Source of the DNA: Octopus bimaculoides
Taxonomy: Eukaryota
DNA length: 64,000 bases
Reading direction: 5' to 3'
Assembly (NCBI RefSeq): GCF_001194135.2
Contig: NC_068984.1
Span: 146,061,208-146,125,207, forward strand
Part shown: positions 53,040-61,909 of the stretch, in pieces
Layout: the number at the start of each line of letters is the position of its first letter
How positions within the stretch are numbered: the first letter of the stretch is position 1
The notes under the pieces: model-generated
Told to the model about the DNA's origin: nothing
The model's database searches: none
The model's input: the letters and a program-made list of their open reading frames with translations, nothing else
Translations under genes and position numbers: made by a program

Positions 53040-55705
53040 GTACGCTCTTCTTATCAGATGATGATATAACCACCATCATCATCATTTAACATCCCCTTTT
53101 CCATGCTAGCATAGGTTGGGTAGTTCAACAAAATACAAACAAGCCAAAGGGCTTTGCCAGGCTCTGTGTCTGCTTTCACATGATTTCTGCAGCTGGATCC
53201 CTTTACTAATGCCAACCACTTCATAATTTAATGTCCACTTTCCATGCTGGCATGGGTTGGATGGTTTGACCAGAGCTGGATATGCAGGAGACTACACCAG
53301 GCTTCAGTGACCGTATTGGTATGGAAAGCAGATGTTAAATGATGATGATTATGATGTGTGTGTATGTATGCATGCATGAATGAGTAAGGCCTTTGTAAAA
53401 CATGGTCAATCTCTTATTAACAGGCGTATAAGTTTTGTGGAAATCTTTACCTAAACACATATGAAAGGATAATTAAACTTTTTCATTAATCATCTAATTA
53501 TTTGTTTTGTTACCTTGTAGACAACAGTTTCAGGCAAACCAACTGGAAGAGTGTCTGGTATGTTGCAGCAAATCATTAAAAAAGAAGATAATCGCTCTAA
53601 AATGATAAACTTGCAGCCTGCTTCCAATCCGGTGCCAGGCACTACGCAGATACAGTTCCTTCCAACATCTCTGCCGCAACCAGTTACAGGTTCTATACAA
53701 GTGTTACCGGCACCTTCAACACAGGTAAAAATGCTAAGTTCTTCTTTATTACGAAAGCTGTGTGGCAGAATCAGTCAGCCGTCAGGTAACGATTTTAGAC
53801 ATTTGCAGTTCAAATTCCCTTAGCTCTGAGACTCTATCTAATGGCTCTATCCCACTGGAGCTAAACAGATACAAGCATGACTATAGGTGAGGCATAGCTG
53901 TGTGGATTAGAACTTTGGTTCATGGTCACGTCATTTTTGGCTCAATTCCACTGCATGGTTTGTTCGTTGTTTAACATCCACTTTCTGGCATGGGTTGGAC
54001 GGTTTGACTGGAAACTGGTAAGCCAGGAGGCTGCACCAGGTTCCAATATGATTTGGCAAGGTTTCTACAGCTGGATGCCCTTCCTAACACCAACCACTCT
54101 GAGAGTGAAATGCATTCTTTGTATGTGCCACTGGCACAGGTGCCCTTCACCTGACACGGGCATCAGCCACAACTACAGTCTCACAGGTCTACACAAGCAC
54201 AGTATATCGCCAAGGGTTTTGGTCACCTGTTACTGCCTCCAAGCTTGAGCAAATGTCTTCTACTATAGTCTTGGCATGGATGATACCTTATGAGGGTAAC
54301 TTGGTAGTTGGAAACTGTACAGAAGCCTGTTGTATGTACATCATCATCATCATAACGTCCACTTTTCCAGGCTTGGTTCGTCTGGCAGGTTTCCATTGAA
54401 GCAGAATTTCCACAGCCAAATACATTTCCTGATGCCAACCCTCCCCTGTTTGTAAGCAGGTTAATATTTCTCTTAGAGTCTATTAAACAACAACAATCAG
54501 CTTGGAGATGCTTTCTTGCAGGATTGGATACAAATGGTTGATACAAATGGTGAATCTTTGCTTCCAGTTAGTGCATGAATGTCAAGACAAGGGAATTCAA
54601 ATTTACACTTCTGCACACAATTTCTGTGTGTGTATGTGGTCATGTTTTGCCATTTCCACTTGCCAAGTGTCATTCACAAGGTATTGGTCAGCCTCTTGCT
54701 GTAGTAGAAGCTGTCCAGCCAACTTTAGCTATGATGTGGGATCAAACCTCCAGACCATGTGTTTCCAAAGTGAACTTCTTAACCACACACCCATGCTTGC
54801 TCACACACACACAAAGACATAAATAATGAGCTTTATACATTTATTTGTGCATTATAGTCTTACAGCTGTTTCTGGTCATTGTTGTATGCATATGGAACTA
54901 CGTCACCTGTTTCTGGCCATCAGCCTGAAGCTATTGTTGAATAGTATTAACATCCCATGTAGAAATTTGATATCCAACAATTTTGTTTGTGTCGGTGGCT
55001 GGCTCTTGACGAATTTTGCAGTATTTTGGACTTGATGCCATGGAAGATGTTTGGATGTACAAACGAAAAGCAGTTTGTTTTTTTCTAATTATTTTAAATG
55101 TAAAGTATCAAAATATGTCTAATTAGTTTTGGGAATTCATATAAGTACAGGACATTTATGTCTGTGTGTCTTCACATGTCTTCACATTAATCCTGTTTAT
55201 GCAACGGTGACATCTGTTCCTGTCTCCCGTTAGCCAAATGCCTCACAGCTCAGCATACAAAGAACAACGTATCTTACTTGGAAACAAAAGACACAAGTGA
55301 GGTTTGGTACGAAAAAAGTCATCTGAGTGAAGACCACTGCATAAGAAAGACTTGTCCAACCTTTGCTGGAATGGAAAAAGCAGGCAAAACTATGATAAAA
55401 ACAGTGAAATTGAAAAGTTTTCTTGGAGTTGTTTTTTTAACCCTAGGCTAACCCTGATTTGTTCAAGCTTATGATTCAAAGCTGTTCTGAGACCAGGTTG
55501 CTTTCTTTTGTCTTTTTTCCATCATTCTGATCTGATACATCGCCTCATGTTATCCTCCTCGTCTTTATTTTCTAATACAGGAAGAATATAATTTAAGGAA
55601 TTTCAGGTTGGGTATCCGGTTGAGCAAACCTCCTAGAAGCTTCTCTGTTGTCTTTGATTATTTCTAATGCTCTGATTATTATTGGTATTACTGCTGCTGC
55701 TGCTG

Positions 55706-55741
<36 letters not shown>

Positions 55742-57568
55742 ACATAAGGTACAAGGTCAAAATTTGGTCGGGGAAAGCTTTTAGTTCATTAAATCAACTG
55801 GAATACTTAAAAGTACCAGTTAGGTAGAAGAGTTGATTTAACTGAAGTAACGGCTCCACCAAAAGAGATAAATCAAATTGTGGCCTTGCACCTATATTAG
55901 AAGTCACCACCACCACTATCATCATTGTCATCGTCATCGTCACTCAAGTTTTATTGGAACTGGTGGAGTCTTGCATATGTAGCAGGCTTACTACCTCCAG
56001 CCTGCGATACCATGCTATCTGTTCTTTTCAATTCTCTAATCCTTTCCTGATTATTCTGACTGTGCCAAGGAGGCAAACTTTTTCTAACAGTTCTATTGGG
56101 CATTCTATTCCAATTACCTTTATATTCCTCTTGGTGCTTTCTGATACTGTCTCCAAGGAAACACCAATAGTTGGCACTATCTTTGCCTTTTTTATTTTCC
56201 ACAGTTGAGCCACAGCTGGTGCAATGCAGTGAACGCCTGGCAACATTCTTTGATGCCAAGCGCCCAACCTTGGTCTACATTTGACCCATGACTGTAGCTC
56301 TGTCAATGAGACGAGCTGTGGAAAGACTTGTCACACGAAAGATGTCCACACCAGTTCATCTTTCTCAAATATTTCTCACTTCCTTCCTCGATCATTCCAA
56401 CTGCTCCTACAACCACTGCCATTCTAACCATCTTGAGATGCCACATTTTTTCAATTATTATTATTTCAGTTGCAGTGCAAAAGGCTGAATTTTTAAAATT
56501 TATTTCTGTAGTTTTCTTTTTTTTTCTTTTTTTTTTTTAATGAATAAATCTCACTAAATCTCCTTCGGACCCACCCTAATTTCATCTCTTGGTTATAATG
56601 AAAGTTTCCTTTCAGCCTGAGCATGGAAAAGACAAAGTGTGAAGTTATGAGCTATGTTAACCAAACATGAATATTGTATGAATGACGTACTGCACAGTAT
56701 ATCCCCAACACACCATAGTAACCTCTGTTGTACACCACGGAATCCTGTAACACTGATCCGTGAATACTTGAACGAGCGACACTGATTTATCGAACACAAA
56801 TGCAGCCTGTTTATTATTACATTGACTCATTCCATAAGCATGACATCCTGTAATGAGCATTCTTTAAACACTTTAGCATTCAATAAGGATTTATTCAATA
56901 CAGATTCCAATTATAAACTCTTTGTCTTATAAAGGGAAGAAGGGCACATAGGATAATGTCGTTCTAGATACACTATGCCTGGAAAAAAGGTTGGAGTACT
57001 TTTTGATCCTGGATCTGCTTGGTCAGGACTGATCCGAGTCTGAAGAACAATCACAGTGATCTCCCTTGACCTTTTGCTCTCTAGTACAACACAGTATTGA
57101 TACGTGCACGGAGTCAAGCCTCCTGCTGGAAATAGCAGTCGAACCCCCCACCTCCACCCCCATTGAAATTATACCCCCTTAATAGTCTTACAAAGGAAAG
57201 GACATATTGAATAATGAATGTCTGAAAAAGTCAGGATGGTCTTTGCTGGAACGTCTTCGATCTTAAGTCTGCTTGATAGAGCTAAAACAAGGTTAAAACA
57301 GCAACAATGAACTGACTCCATTTATCAATCCATCATCATCATCATTTTCACTTAACGTCCACTTTTCCATGCTTTCATGGATCAGATGGAACTTGTTGAA
57401 GCACATTGTTTACAGTTAGATGCTCTTCCTGTCGCCAACCCTCACCTATTTCCAAGGAAGGTAATATTTCCCCAACAGTCTTGCTTGTAGGATGATGATG
57501 TTTGTTTACAACAATCACGCAATATCAAGACAAGGATACACACAGACACACGCATGACACGATATATA

Positions 57569-57642
<74 letters not shown>

Positions 57643-59515
57643 GCTTCTGTCTACCAAATCCACTCACAAGGCTTCGGTTGGCCTGGGACTGTTGTAGAAG
57701 ACATTTGCCCAAAGACTCGTATGGTAGGGTTGAACCAGAAATCATATGGTTAGTAAGCAAGTATCTTAACGAAACATATAAATAAAGCTTACACACATAT
57801 ACTTATCAGTATATATCCCATTAAAATAAATATTGTGACAAAGTCCATGTAATTATGTATGAAAGTTCCCATGCAAGACTCAAAACTTACAATAAGTGGA
57901 AGATTCTAGTTTCTCAGACTTTTGACCTCACTTTGCACAGATAGATGCTTTTTATGTTTACACTTAGACTTACTTTACAATCAGTTTGATTTCTGACCAA
58001 AACATGCCAGATTTGATGCACAGCTATGTTAAATGCATCACCAATTTCAGCATCATATATTCAGGAAAATAAGTTTTTAGTGAATTTAAAGCATGTAAAA
58101 TGAGAGCCAACTTAGTGAACAGGATCTGAGGCAATTTTTGTGACATTTTTAGGGGTAAAAAAAAAGGGCCTGCCATCAGATAGGGTAAAGTAGAAGTAAA
58201 TAGAGACAATTTGAAATAAAATGATCTTAGAGACTAGCAAATTCACATAGAAAGAAACGAGCATAGAGCACAGTATTGCTGTAATTCCTTTTGATTTGTA
58301 TCTGAATCTCTATAATGCTGATCCTTGCCATTTTACTTTCAGTTACTCACCAGAAACCCCATCTTATCACCCAGCCACCAGCTACAGCTTCAATATATGC
58401 AATCACCACAACAAATCCAAACTTATGCTGCCACTTCCGGACAAGCACCAGTCAGTAACATTACCATTGTCATCATTTTCATCATCATCATCATCATCAT
58501 CATCATGGCTATATTGTCACTGCTTTGTCTAGCACCATTTTCTGTGAATGCTTTGTCTCTCTCTCTCTCTCATTATCCTTCTCTATGCTTGTATAAGATA
58601 ATAGTATATATAGTTAACAGTAAATATTTGTAGACAAGAATTTAAGATTGAAAAATAACAATGAACTCCATCGATATGCATTGCATTATCCTTTACTAAC
58701 AAAACTTGTTGAACAGACAGAAACCTAGTAAATAAGACATAAATTGTACTTTATTATTATCAGCCAAACATGCTAACAACTTCCACATTTCGTGGCATTC
58801 CATCGATCACAACGACGAGGGTTCCGGTTGATCCAATCAACGGAACAGCCTGCTCATGAAATTGACGTGCAAGTGGCTGAGCACTCCACAGACACATATA
58901 CCCTTAATGTAGTTCTCTGGGAGATTCAGTGTGACACAGAGTGTGACAAGGCTGGCCCTTTGAATTACTGGTACAACAGAAACAGGAAGAAAGAGTGAGA
59001 GAAAGTTGTTTTAAAGAGTATGGCAGGGTTTGCCACCACACCCTGCTGGAGCCTCGTGGAGCTTTAAGTGTTTTCACGAAATAAACACTCGCAACGCCTG
59101 GTCTAGGAAACAAAACCATGATCCTGTGACCACGAGTCCGCTGCCCTAACCACTGGGCCATTGCGCCTCCACAACTTCACATTTACCTGGTAGATAAACA
59201 ACAAATGATTTGGTTTCTGCCACTAGTTTTGTATTTTTTCACTTCTAAGTCATTTACAAATGTTTACTTATTAACATGTATGTATGCTTATGTTTGTGAT
59301 ACACACACACACATCTTGCTCAACTACTGCAGAAGACCACTAAAGATCACAGTGTTCAGATTCCTAGACAGAAGCATGAAACCATGGTATGGATATAACA
59401 ACTAAATGCACTTTGTGTGTGTGAGTGAGCTGCAGAGAGCCTGGTTAAATGTTTCTTGTAAAACACCAAACTACTCATTATGAACTTGTTAAATTGTGTT
59501 GTATAGCATTATATA

Positions 59516-59560
<45 letters not shown>

Positions 59561-60048
59561 GTATATATTTGTTTAGTACCTGTAGTTATTTTTGTACCAG
59601 AATTTCACACAAGTATCCAGGCGTTTAGACACAATTATCTCCAAATAACTTTTTGCAGATTTATTATTACATCTAAACGTATGATTAAAACTGGATTATT
59701 AAAAATGCAGCAATGGCCATGAAATATATATATATGTATATGTATACACGCACACACATTTTTCTCTCCTTTATATTTCAGGTAAGAATGCAAGCAGTCC
59801 AACTTCAGAGCACGGCCATTCCTTCAACACTTCAATCACAGACATTTCCCAGCATCATGGCAACGTCTCAGTCAGTCAGCTCACCAACCACAAAGATAAG
59901 CACAATTTCAGCACCAACAGTTGCACCTAGCGGCACCAAAAACCTCAAAGTGAACACCTCCAACAATATCATAATTCCTTCAGGACCATTTATACTCACA
60001 AAAGCTTCTCAGGGTCATCTTCAGCTGAATGCGACAAAACAGATGTAA
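16405..60048 (+). CDS. ZMYND8: ZMYND8/PRKCBP1/RACK7 chromatin reader (PHD-BROMO-PWWP...MYND), 22 coding exons, about 1354 aa
   Basis: join(16405..16423,22782..22967,26887..26993,29668..29811,31221..31334,32192..32284,33893..33980,35111..35166,37701..37781,38729..38788,39054..39109,41536..41658,42860..44016,44909..45251,46222..46378,47127..47195,49377..49461,50408..50532,51300..51722,53521..53724,58343..58450,59782..60048) = 4065 nt. All introns are GT-AG and all phases are compatible. Domain order and motifs match vertebrate ZMYND8 as I recall it. Confidence 0.92.
16833..17232 (+). mobile_element. Two tandem SINE family B copies after (ATT)n
   Basis: gtgagctggcaga..ttagc head and gactttgcctttcatc core, twice. 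Confidence 0.85.
17235..18655 (-). mobile_element. RTE-clade LINE fragment (RT domain to 3' tail), degenerate
   Basis: Minus-strand LEKAFDSVP...[16 protein letters not shown] (RT) and [18 protein letters not shown]; 3' UTR ending in (GAT)n. Confidence 0.9.
20350..20780. mobile_element. Second, inverted copy of the 8047 MITE family, interrupted by SINE B
   Basis: Shared internal sequence (aaagaattt..taaaat; ggaacataaattg); TTAA at both ends. Confidence 0.7.
20451..20672 (+). mobile_element. SINE family B with 12-bp TSD taaactggtgtt
   Basis: TSD at 20439-20450 and 20673-20684; sits inside a TTAA MITE. Confidence 0.9.
21035..21345 (-). mobile_element. SINE family A, degraded, antisense
   Basis: ttctttacttgtttcagtcatt tail and ccaaatacactc core visible on the plus strand. 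Confidence 0.75.
22782..22967 (+). CDS. ZMYND8: Coding exon, Ser/Thr-rich N-terminus ([12 protein letters not shown]...SSRS)
   Basis: ttctttgctacag acceptor, G|gtaagt donor, phase 1/1, open frame. Confidence 0.85.
24165..24560 (-). mobile_element. Penelope-like element terminal-repeat remnant
   Basis: Minus-strand ccgaggaagggctccgcccgaaacgtc motif typical of PLE ends; purine-rich 3' UTR-like flank. Confidence 0.55.
24480..24945. repeat. Degenerate (GT)n tract, gap and (GA)n
   Basis: Direct reading. Confidence 0.9.
26887..26993 (+). CDS. ZMYND8: Coding exon with NLS-like PPKKQK ([36 protein letters not shown])
   Basis: atttttccag acceptor, TTG|gtaaat donor, phase 1/0 bridges the neighbouring exons. 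Confidence 0.85.
27601..27820. repeat. 10-bp minisatellite (ACCTGATGTG)x22
   Basis: 21 perfect units plus one with a final G>C. Confidence 0.98.
27821..28205 (+). mobile_element. RTE 3' UTR with three ~60-bp internal tandem units and tail
   Basis: gcc(t/a)gactggc..gtg(c/g)cac..aaaagcac repeated three times; tail as at 12604-12792. Confidence 0.8.
28590..29265 (-). mobile_element. SINE A2, antisense, interrupted by a SINE C insertion
   Basis: Tail and body at 28590-28840; head at 29155-29265. Confidence 0.7.
28841..29152 (+). mobile_element. tRNA-derived SINE family C
   Basis: Near-identical to 52650..52978 (gttcttgggcaagacactttatttcacgttgctccag...). Confidence 0.88.
29668..29811 (+). CDS. 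ZMYND8: PHD finger exon ([48 protein letters not shown])
   Basis: C4HC3 spacing; tttgcag acceptor and GAG|gtaaaa donor. Confidence 0.97.
31221..31334 (+). CDS. ZMYND8: PHD-to-bromodomain exon, helix Z ([38 protein letters not shown])
   Basis: ctttacag acceptor and TCA|gtaagt donor; resembles ZMYND8 KITVAECIETQSKAM. Confidence 0.95.
31931..32140 (+). mobile_element. SINE family B just upstream of the bromodomain exon 32192
   Basis: Head, core and tail agaaaggattatt. Confidence 0.88.
32192..32284 (+). CDS. ZMYND8: Bromodomain ZA-loop exon ([31 protein letters not shown])
   Basis: PF..PV..P.Y...I.HPMDL motif; ttttcaag acceptor and AAG|gttagt donor. Confidence 0.95.
32851..33200 (+). mobile_element. 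SINE family A (tail A1)
   Basis: Near-consensus head, core and tail. Confidence 0.9.
33893..33980 (+). CDS. ZMYND8: Bromodomain helix B exon ([29 protein letters not shown])
   Basis: Conserved Asn in IIFNG; ttcttccag acceptor and A|gtaagt donor. Confidence 0.96.
34760..35038 (+). mobile_element. SINE family A head/core with RTE-like tail (A2); an antisense head fragment lies at about 34590-34745
   Basis: Same head as family A; ends ...gaaaagtggattttaaaatgatgg. Confidence 0.7.
35111..35166 (+). CDS. ZMYND8: Bromodomain helix C exon ([19 protein letters not shown])
   Basis: tgtcaacag acceptor and GAG|gtaagt donor; phase 1/0. Confidence 0.93.
35445..36110 (+). mobile_element. Three tandem SINE family B copies separated by (ATT)n
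   Basis: Copies at about 35445-35610, 35638-35865 and 35885-36100. Confidence 0.88.
36129..37090 (-). mobile_element. R4/Dong-like non-LTR retrotransposon 3' fragment (zinc knuckle + restriction-like endonuclease end), flanked by (TAT)n
   Basis: [33 protein letters not shown] and PIIVGALG...[16 protein letters not shown]; a 466-N gap lies in the middle. Confidence 0.85.
37287..37568. mobile_element. Fold-back MITE with ~100-bp inverted arms
   Basis: aacagtactttggagtaaa...catgatctgtgt versus acacagatcatg...tttactccaaagtactgtt; the right arm carries a ~20-nt insertion. Confidence 0.9.
37701..37781 (+). CDS. ZMYND8: Zn-binding linker exon between bromodomain and PWWP ([27 protein letters not shown])
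   Basis: CPxC...WFCEPC motif; tgttgcag acceptor and TGT|gtaagt donor. Confidence 0.96.
38729..38788 (+). CDS. ZMYND8: PWWP exon 1 ([20 protein letters not shown])
   Basis: [14 protein letters not shown] signature; ttaattag acceptor and AAG|gtgagt donor. Confidence 0.97.
39054..39109 (+). CDS. ZMYND8: PWWP exon 2 ([19 protein letters not shown])
   Basis: VRFFG.HDR signature; ccaatcag acceptor and CG|gtaagg donor. Confidence 0.96.
41229..41461. mobile_element. piggyBac-like MITE, TIR cccattaagtccca
   Basis: ttaa-cccattaagtccca ... tgggacttaatggg-ttttaa; internal palindromic subterminal repeats. Confidence 0.8.
41536..41658 (+). CDS. ZMYND8: PWWP exon 3 ([41 protein letters not shown])
   Basis: ttcttttag acceptor and AG|gtatgg donor; phase 2/2. 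Confidence 0.94.
41668..41985 (-). mobile_element. SINE family A (tail A1), 5'-truncated, antisense, directly after the PWWP exon 3 donor
   Basis: cttacttgtttcagtcatttgactgcggccatgctggagcaccgcc is the reverse complement of the tail. Confidence 0.9.
42143..42511 (+). mobile_element. SINE family A (tail A1)
   Basis: Full head, core and tail. Confidence 0.9.
42860..44016 (+). CDS. ZMYND8: Large 1157-nt exon: PWWP end ([12 protein letters not shown]) and S/T/K-rich low-complexity region
   Basis: Lies in ORF 42801..44060; T-tract+ctag acceptor and AAAG|gtatgt donor. Confidence 0.93.
44909..45251 (+). CDS. ZMYND8: Coding exon, disordered linker (DKPSSTPNN...KSST)
   Basis: ctgtttcag acceptor and GA|gtatgt donor; phase 1/2. 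Confidence 0.88.
45485..45690 (+). mobile_element. SINE family B
   Basis: Head gaggtagcattgttag and core gttgacattgccttttatgc. Confidence 0.8.
46222..46378 (+). CDS. ZMYND8: Coding exon ([11 protein letters not shown]...[10 protein letters not shown])
   Basis: ttttttctag acceptor and weak CAG|gttttt donor; phase 2/0. Confidence 0.85.
46711..46949. mobile_element. MITE-like element with 37-bp TIRs embedded in (TA)n
   Basis: gcatatgtgggcacaggacgtcatgaaa matches the reverse complement of the right end; 35 of 37 positions match. Confidence 0.85.
47127..47195 (+). CDS. ZMYND8: Coding exon ([23 protein letters not shown])
   Basis: ttccattag acceptor and CAG|gtaaga donor; helical segment preceding the coiled coil. 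Confidence 0.88.
49377..49461 (+). CDS. ZMYND8: Coiled-coil exon ([28 protein letters not shown])
   Basis: Resembles ZMYND8 [20 protein letters not shown]; tttctttag acceptor and A|gtaagt donor. Confidence 0.94.
49525..49836 (-). mobile_element. R4/Dong-like 3' end between (TAT)n tracts
   Basis: [32 protein letters not shown] plus 3' UTR. Confidence 0.75.
50408..50532 (+). CDS. ZMYND8: Coiled-coil exon ([18 protein letters not shown]...EETKKKQW)
   Basis: ETKKKQW pre-MYND signature; ttcctcag acceptor and TGG|gtatgc donor. Confidence 0.96.
50720..51008 (-). mobile_element. R4/Dong-like 3' fragment
   Basis: [24 protein letters not shown], then a frameshift into [14 protein letters not shown]. 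Confidence 0.75.
51029..51250 (+). mobile_element. SINE family B just upstream of the MYND exon
   Basis: ggtgagctaacagaattgttagc head; tail gtagaaaggattatt. Confidence 0.88.
51300..51722 (+). CDS. ZMYND8: MYND zinc finger exon ([35 protein letters not shown]) plus Thr-rich tail
   Basis: MYND CxxC..CC..YC..CQ..HW..H..C pattern; atatttag acceptor and AAT|gtgagt donor. Confidence 0.96.
52287..52423 (-). mobile_element. 5'-truncated SINE family B with 16-bp TSD taaagtgtattatatt
   Basis: TSD at 52271-52286 and 52424-52439. Confidence 0.9.
52650..52978 (+). mobile_element. tRNA-derived SINE family C, young-looking copy
   Basis: A box tggctcagtggttagagc and B box gagttcgaatccc, then a CORE-like segment; flanked by (TA)n. 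Confidence 0.92.
53521..53724 (+). CDS. ZMYND8: C-terminal low-complexity exon (TTVSGKPTG...PAPSTQ)
   Basis: taccttgtag acceptor and CAG|gtaaaa donor; phase 0/0; open frame. Confidence 0.8.
53966..54240 (-). mobile_element. RTE 3' end
   Basis: Tail ttaacatccactttctggcatgggttgg and ORF-end remnant. Confidence 0.75.
54345..54800 (-). mobile_element. SINE A2 (A head + RTE-like tail), degraded
   Basis: catcatcataacgtccacttttcc tail at left; head remnant cttaaccacacacccatg at right. Confidence 0.65.
55950..56452 (-). mobile_element. Two adjacent R4/Dong-like 3' fragments (55950-56215; 56310-56452)
   Basis: [30 protein letters not shown] and [29 protein letters not shown]. Confidence 0.75.
57345..57777 (-). 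mobile_element. SINE A2 (A head/core, (TA)n, RTE-like tail)
   Basis: ttaacgtccacttttccatgc tail; ctaccaaatccactcacaagg core. Confidence 0.8.
58343..58450 (+). CDS. ZMYND8: C-terminal Gln-rich exon ([36 protein letters not shown])
   Basis: ttttactttcag acceptor and CCA|gtcagt donor; phase 0/0. Confidence 0.72.
58783..59172 (-). mobile_element. tRNA-derived SINE family D (tRNA-Arg-like head)
   Basis: Reverse complement starts ggaggcgcaatggcccagtggttagggcagcggactc. Confidence 0.85.
59782..60048 (+). CDS. ZMYND8: Probable last coding exon (VRMQAVQLQ...NATKQM*)
   Basis: ttatatttcag acceptor; open frame to TAA at 60046-60048. Confidence 0.75.
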   Translation, partial: VRMQAVQLQSTAIPSTLQSQTFPSIMATSQSVSSPTTKISTISAPTVAPSGTKNLKVNTSNNIIIPSGPFILTKASQGHLQLNATKQM

Positions 60049-60058
60049 CAACACTTAG

Positions 60059-60111
<53 letters not shown>

Positions 60112-60125
60112 TACTATTATTATTA

Positions 60126-60540
60126 GTGTGGTGGATTGGCAGAAATGTTAGAATGTTGGATAAAATGCCTTGTGGTGTTTAGCTACGGCCCTTCACGTTC
60201 TCAGTTCAAACCCCACAGCAATCAACTTTGCCTTTCATCGTTCTGGGTCAATGAAATAAGTTACCGATCAAGTACTGGGGCAATGATGAAATAAATCATC
60301 GGTCAATTATAGGGGCCAATGTAACTGACTGGCCCCTCCCCACAAAACTGCACTCTTGTGTCTGTAGGCAGAATGTTTAGAGTTGAACCAAATACTTTGT
60401 ACGATTTCTTTCAGTTCTTTACGTTGTGAGTTCAAATCCAGCCAAGATCAACTTTGCCTTTCATCCCACCTAGGGTCAATGATATAAAAATAACAGTCAG
60501 TTACCGGGATTGATTCAATCATCTCAACCCTTCCCCCCAC
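60126..60540 (+). mobile_element. Two tandem SINE family B copies after the stop codon and (ATT)n
   Basis: Repeated caactttgcctttcatc cores. Confidence 0.8.
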
Positions 60541-60698
60541 CTCTCTAGTCTTGGGGCTCGTCGTACCTCTATTAACAGCAGTTGTTCTGGTTATTGCTTG
60601 CTGTTCTGCAGAGAACTGGCAGCACTGATAAAGCACCAGACTAGTGTGACCAGGGCCTCCATTTGGTGGAACCAAACTAGTTTTGGATCACAAGATGA

Positions 60699-61092
60699 GA
60701 GCAGGCATGGCTGTGTGGGGAAGAAACTCTCTTCCCGACCACATTGGTTTTGAGTTCAGTCTCACTGTGTGGCACCTTGGGCAAGTGTCGTCTAATGAAG
60801 CCTCATGCCCACCAAAGCCTTGTGAGTGGATTTGGTTGACAGAAACTGAAAGAAGCCCATTGTGTATTTGCACTCTTGTTTAGACATCGTGTGATGTTTG
60901 TAACTGATCATCATCATCATCATTCAAGTGAAGTTGCTCATTTCCAGTTTTTGAATTACTGACAATTACTTTGCTTGGAAAGAGGTCAACGTTGGCAACA
61001 GGAAAGGTACCTGGCTGTAGAGAAACTGCCTCATCAAATGGCATCTAAGCCATGTTAGTATGGAAAGTGGACATTAAATGTTGCTGATGATT
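60699..61092 (+). mobile_element. SINE A2 in the putative 3' UTR
   Basis: gcaggcatggctgtgtgg head; tail ...ggaaagtggacattaaatg. Confidence 0.8.
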
Positions 61093-61439
61093 GACATTTG
61101 TTTATGTTAGGGAGGGACTCGGAAGATAGTCTTGGGCCCCAGACCAATGTGCTGGCTGAATCCCCACTTCAGAGGCCCTGTTTTGCCCCTGTACATTCCA
61201 CTTATAATTATGTCAGGCTCAACTTCTGCCTTTAACCCTTACAGGGTCAGTATGTCACTTAGGGGTCACATCTAATCAAATATATTTCGCACTTGCAAAA
61301 GTATGGCAGAGTGTGAAAGAATATTATTAGAAATGTTGTCACCAAAGACCACATCTTAGCACTTGCTTGAGCCTGAAATAATGTCTTTGAATTCCTCCAA
61401 ACATGCCTTTCTTTATCTACAGCTAAGCTTTGTAGCAAA

Positions 61440-61445
61440 AATAAA
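61440..61445 (+). other. Candidate polyadenylation signal AATAAA in the putative 3' UTR
   Basis: Hexamer downstream of the stop codon; other hexamers exist, so use is unproven. Confidence 0.2.
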
Positions 61446-61857
61446 GATTTATCTACTGAAACAGCAAACGAAAGCTATTGACTGCTTCTGCCAACAAATA
61501 GCTATCAACTAATGAAAACAGCTACAATTTAAATTAACAGATGACTTGTCCAGGATAAAAAATGATTTGTTTCCTTTTCAAATTTTATTTTAAAATGTTA
61601 ATTAGATGGGATGAGAGATTTATCTTAAGTTTTTAAATGAATGGGTTTTTAAAAAAACTTCTTTAATCCCCCACCCACCCAATTTTTAAGAAAATTTATT
61701 TTAATGAAACTGATCTGGCATTTTTTTTGTGAACTTGTATGATTTGTTTATTTATTTTTGTTTGTTTTTAATACCTTCACAAAAACGTCTGTTATGATTA
61801 GGAACCATTAATATATCTGCAATGATAAGATTGCAGAAATAGTTAAAATACATTGAT

Positions 61858-61909
<52 letters not shown>

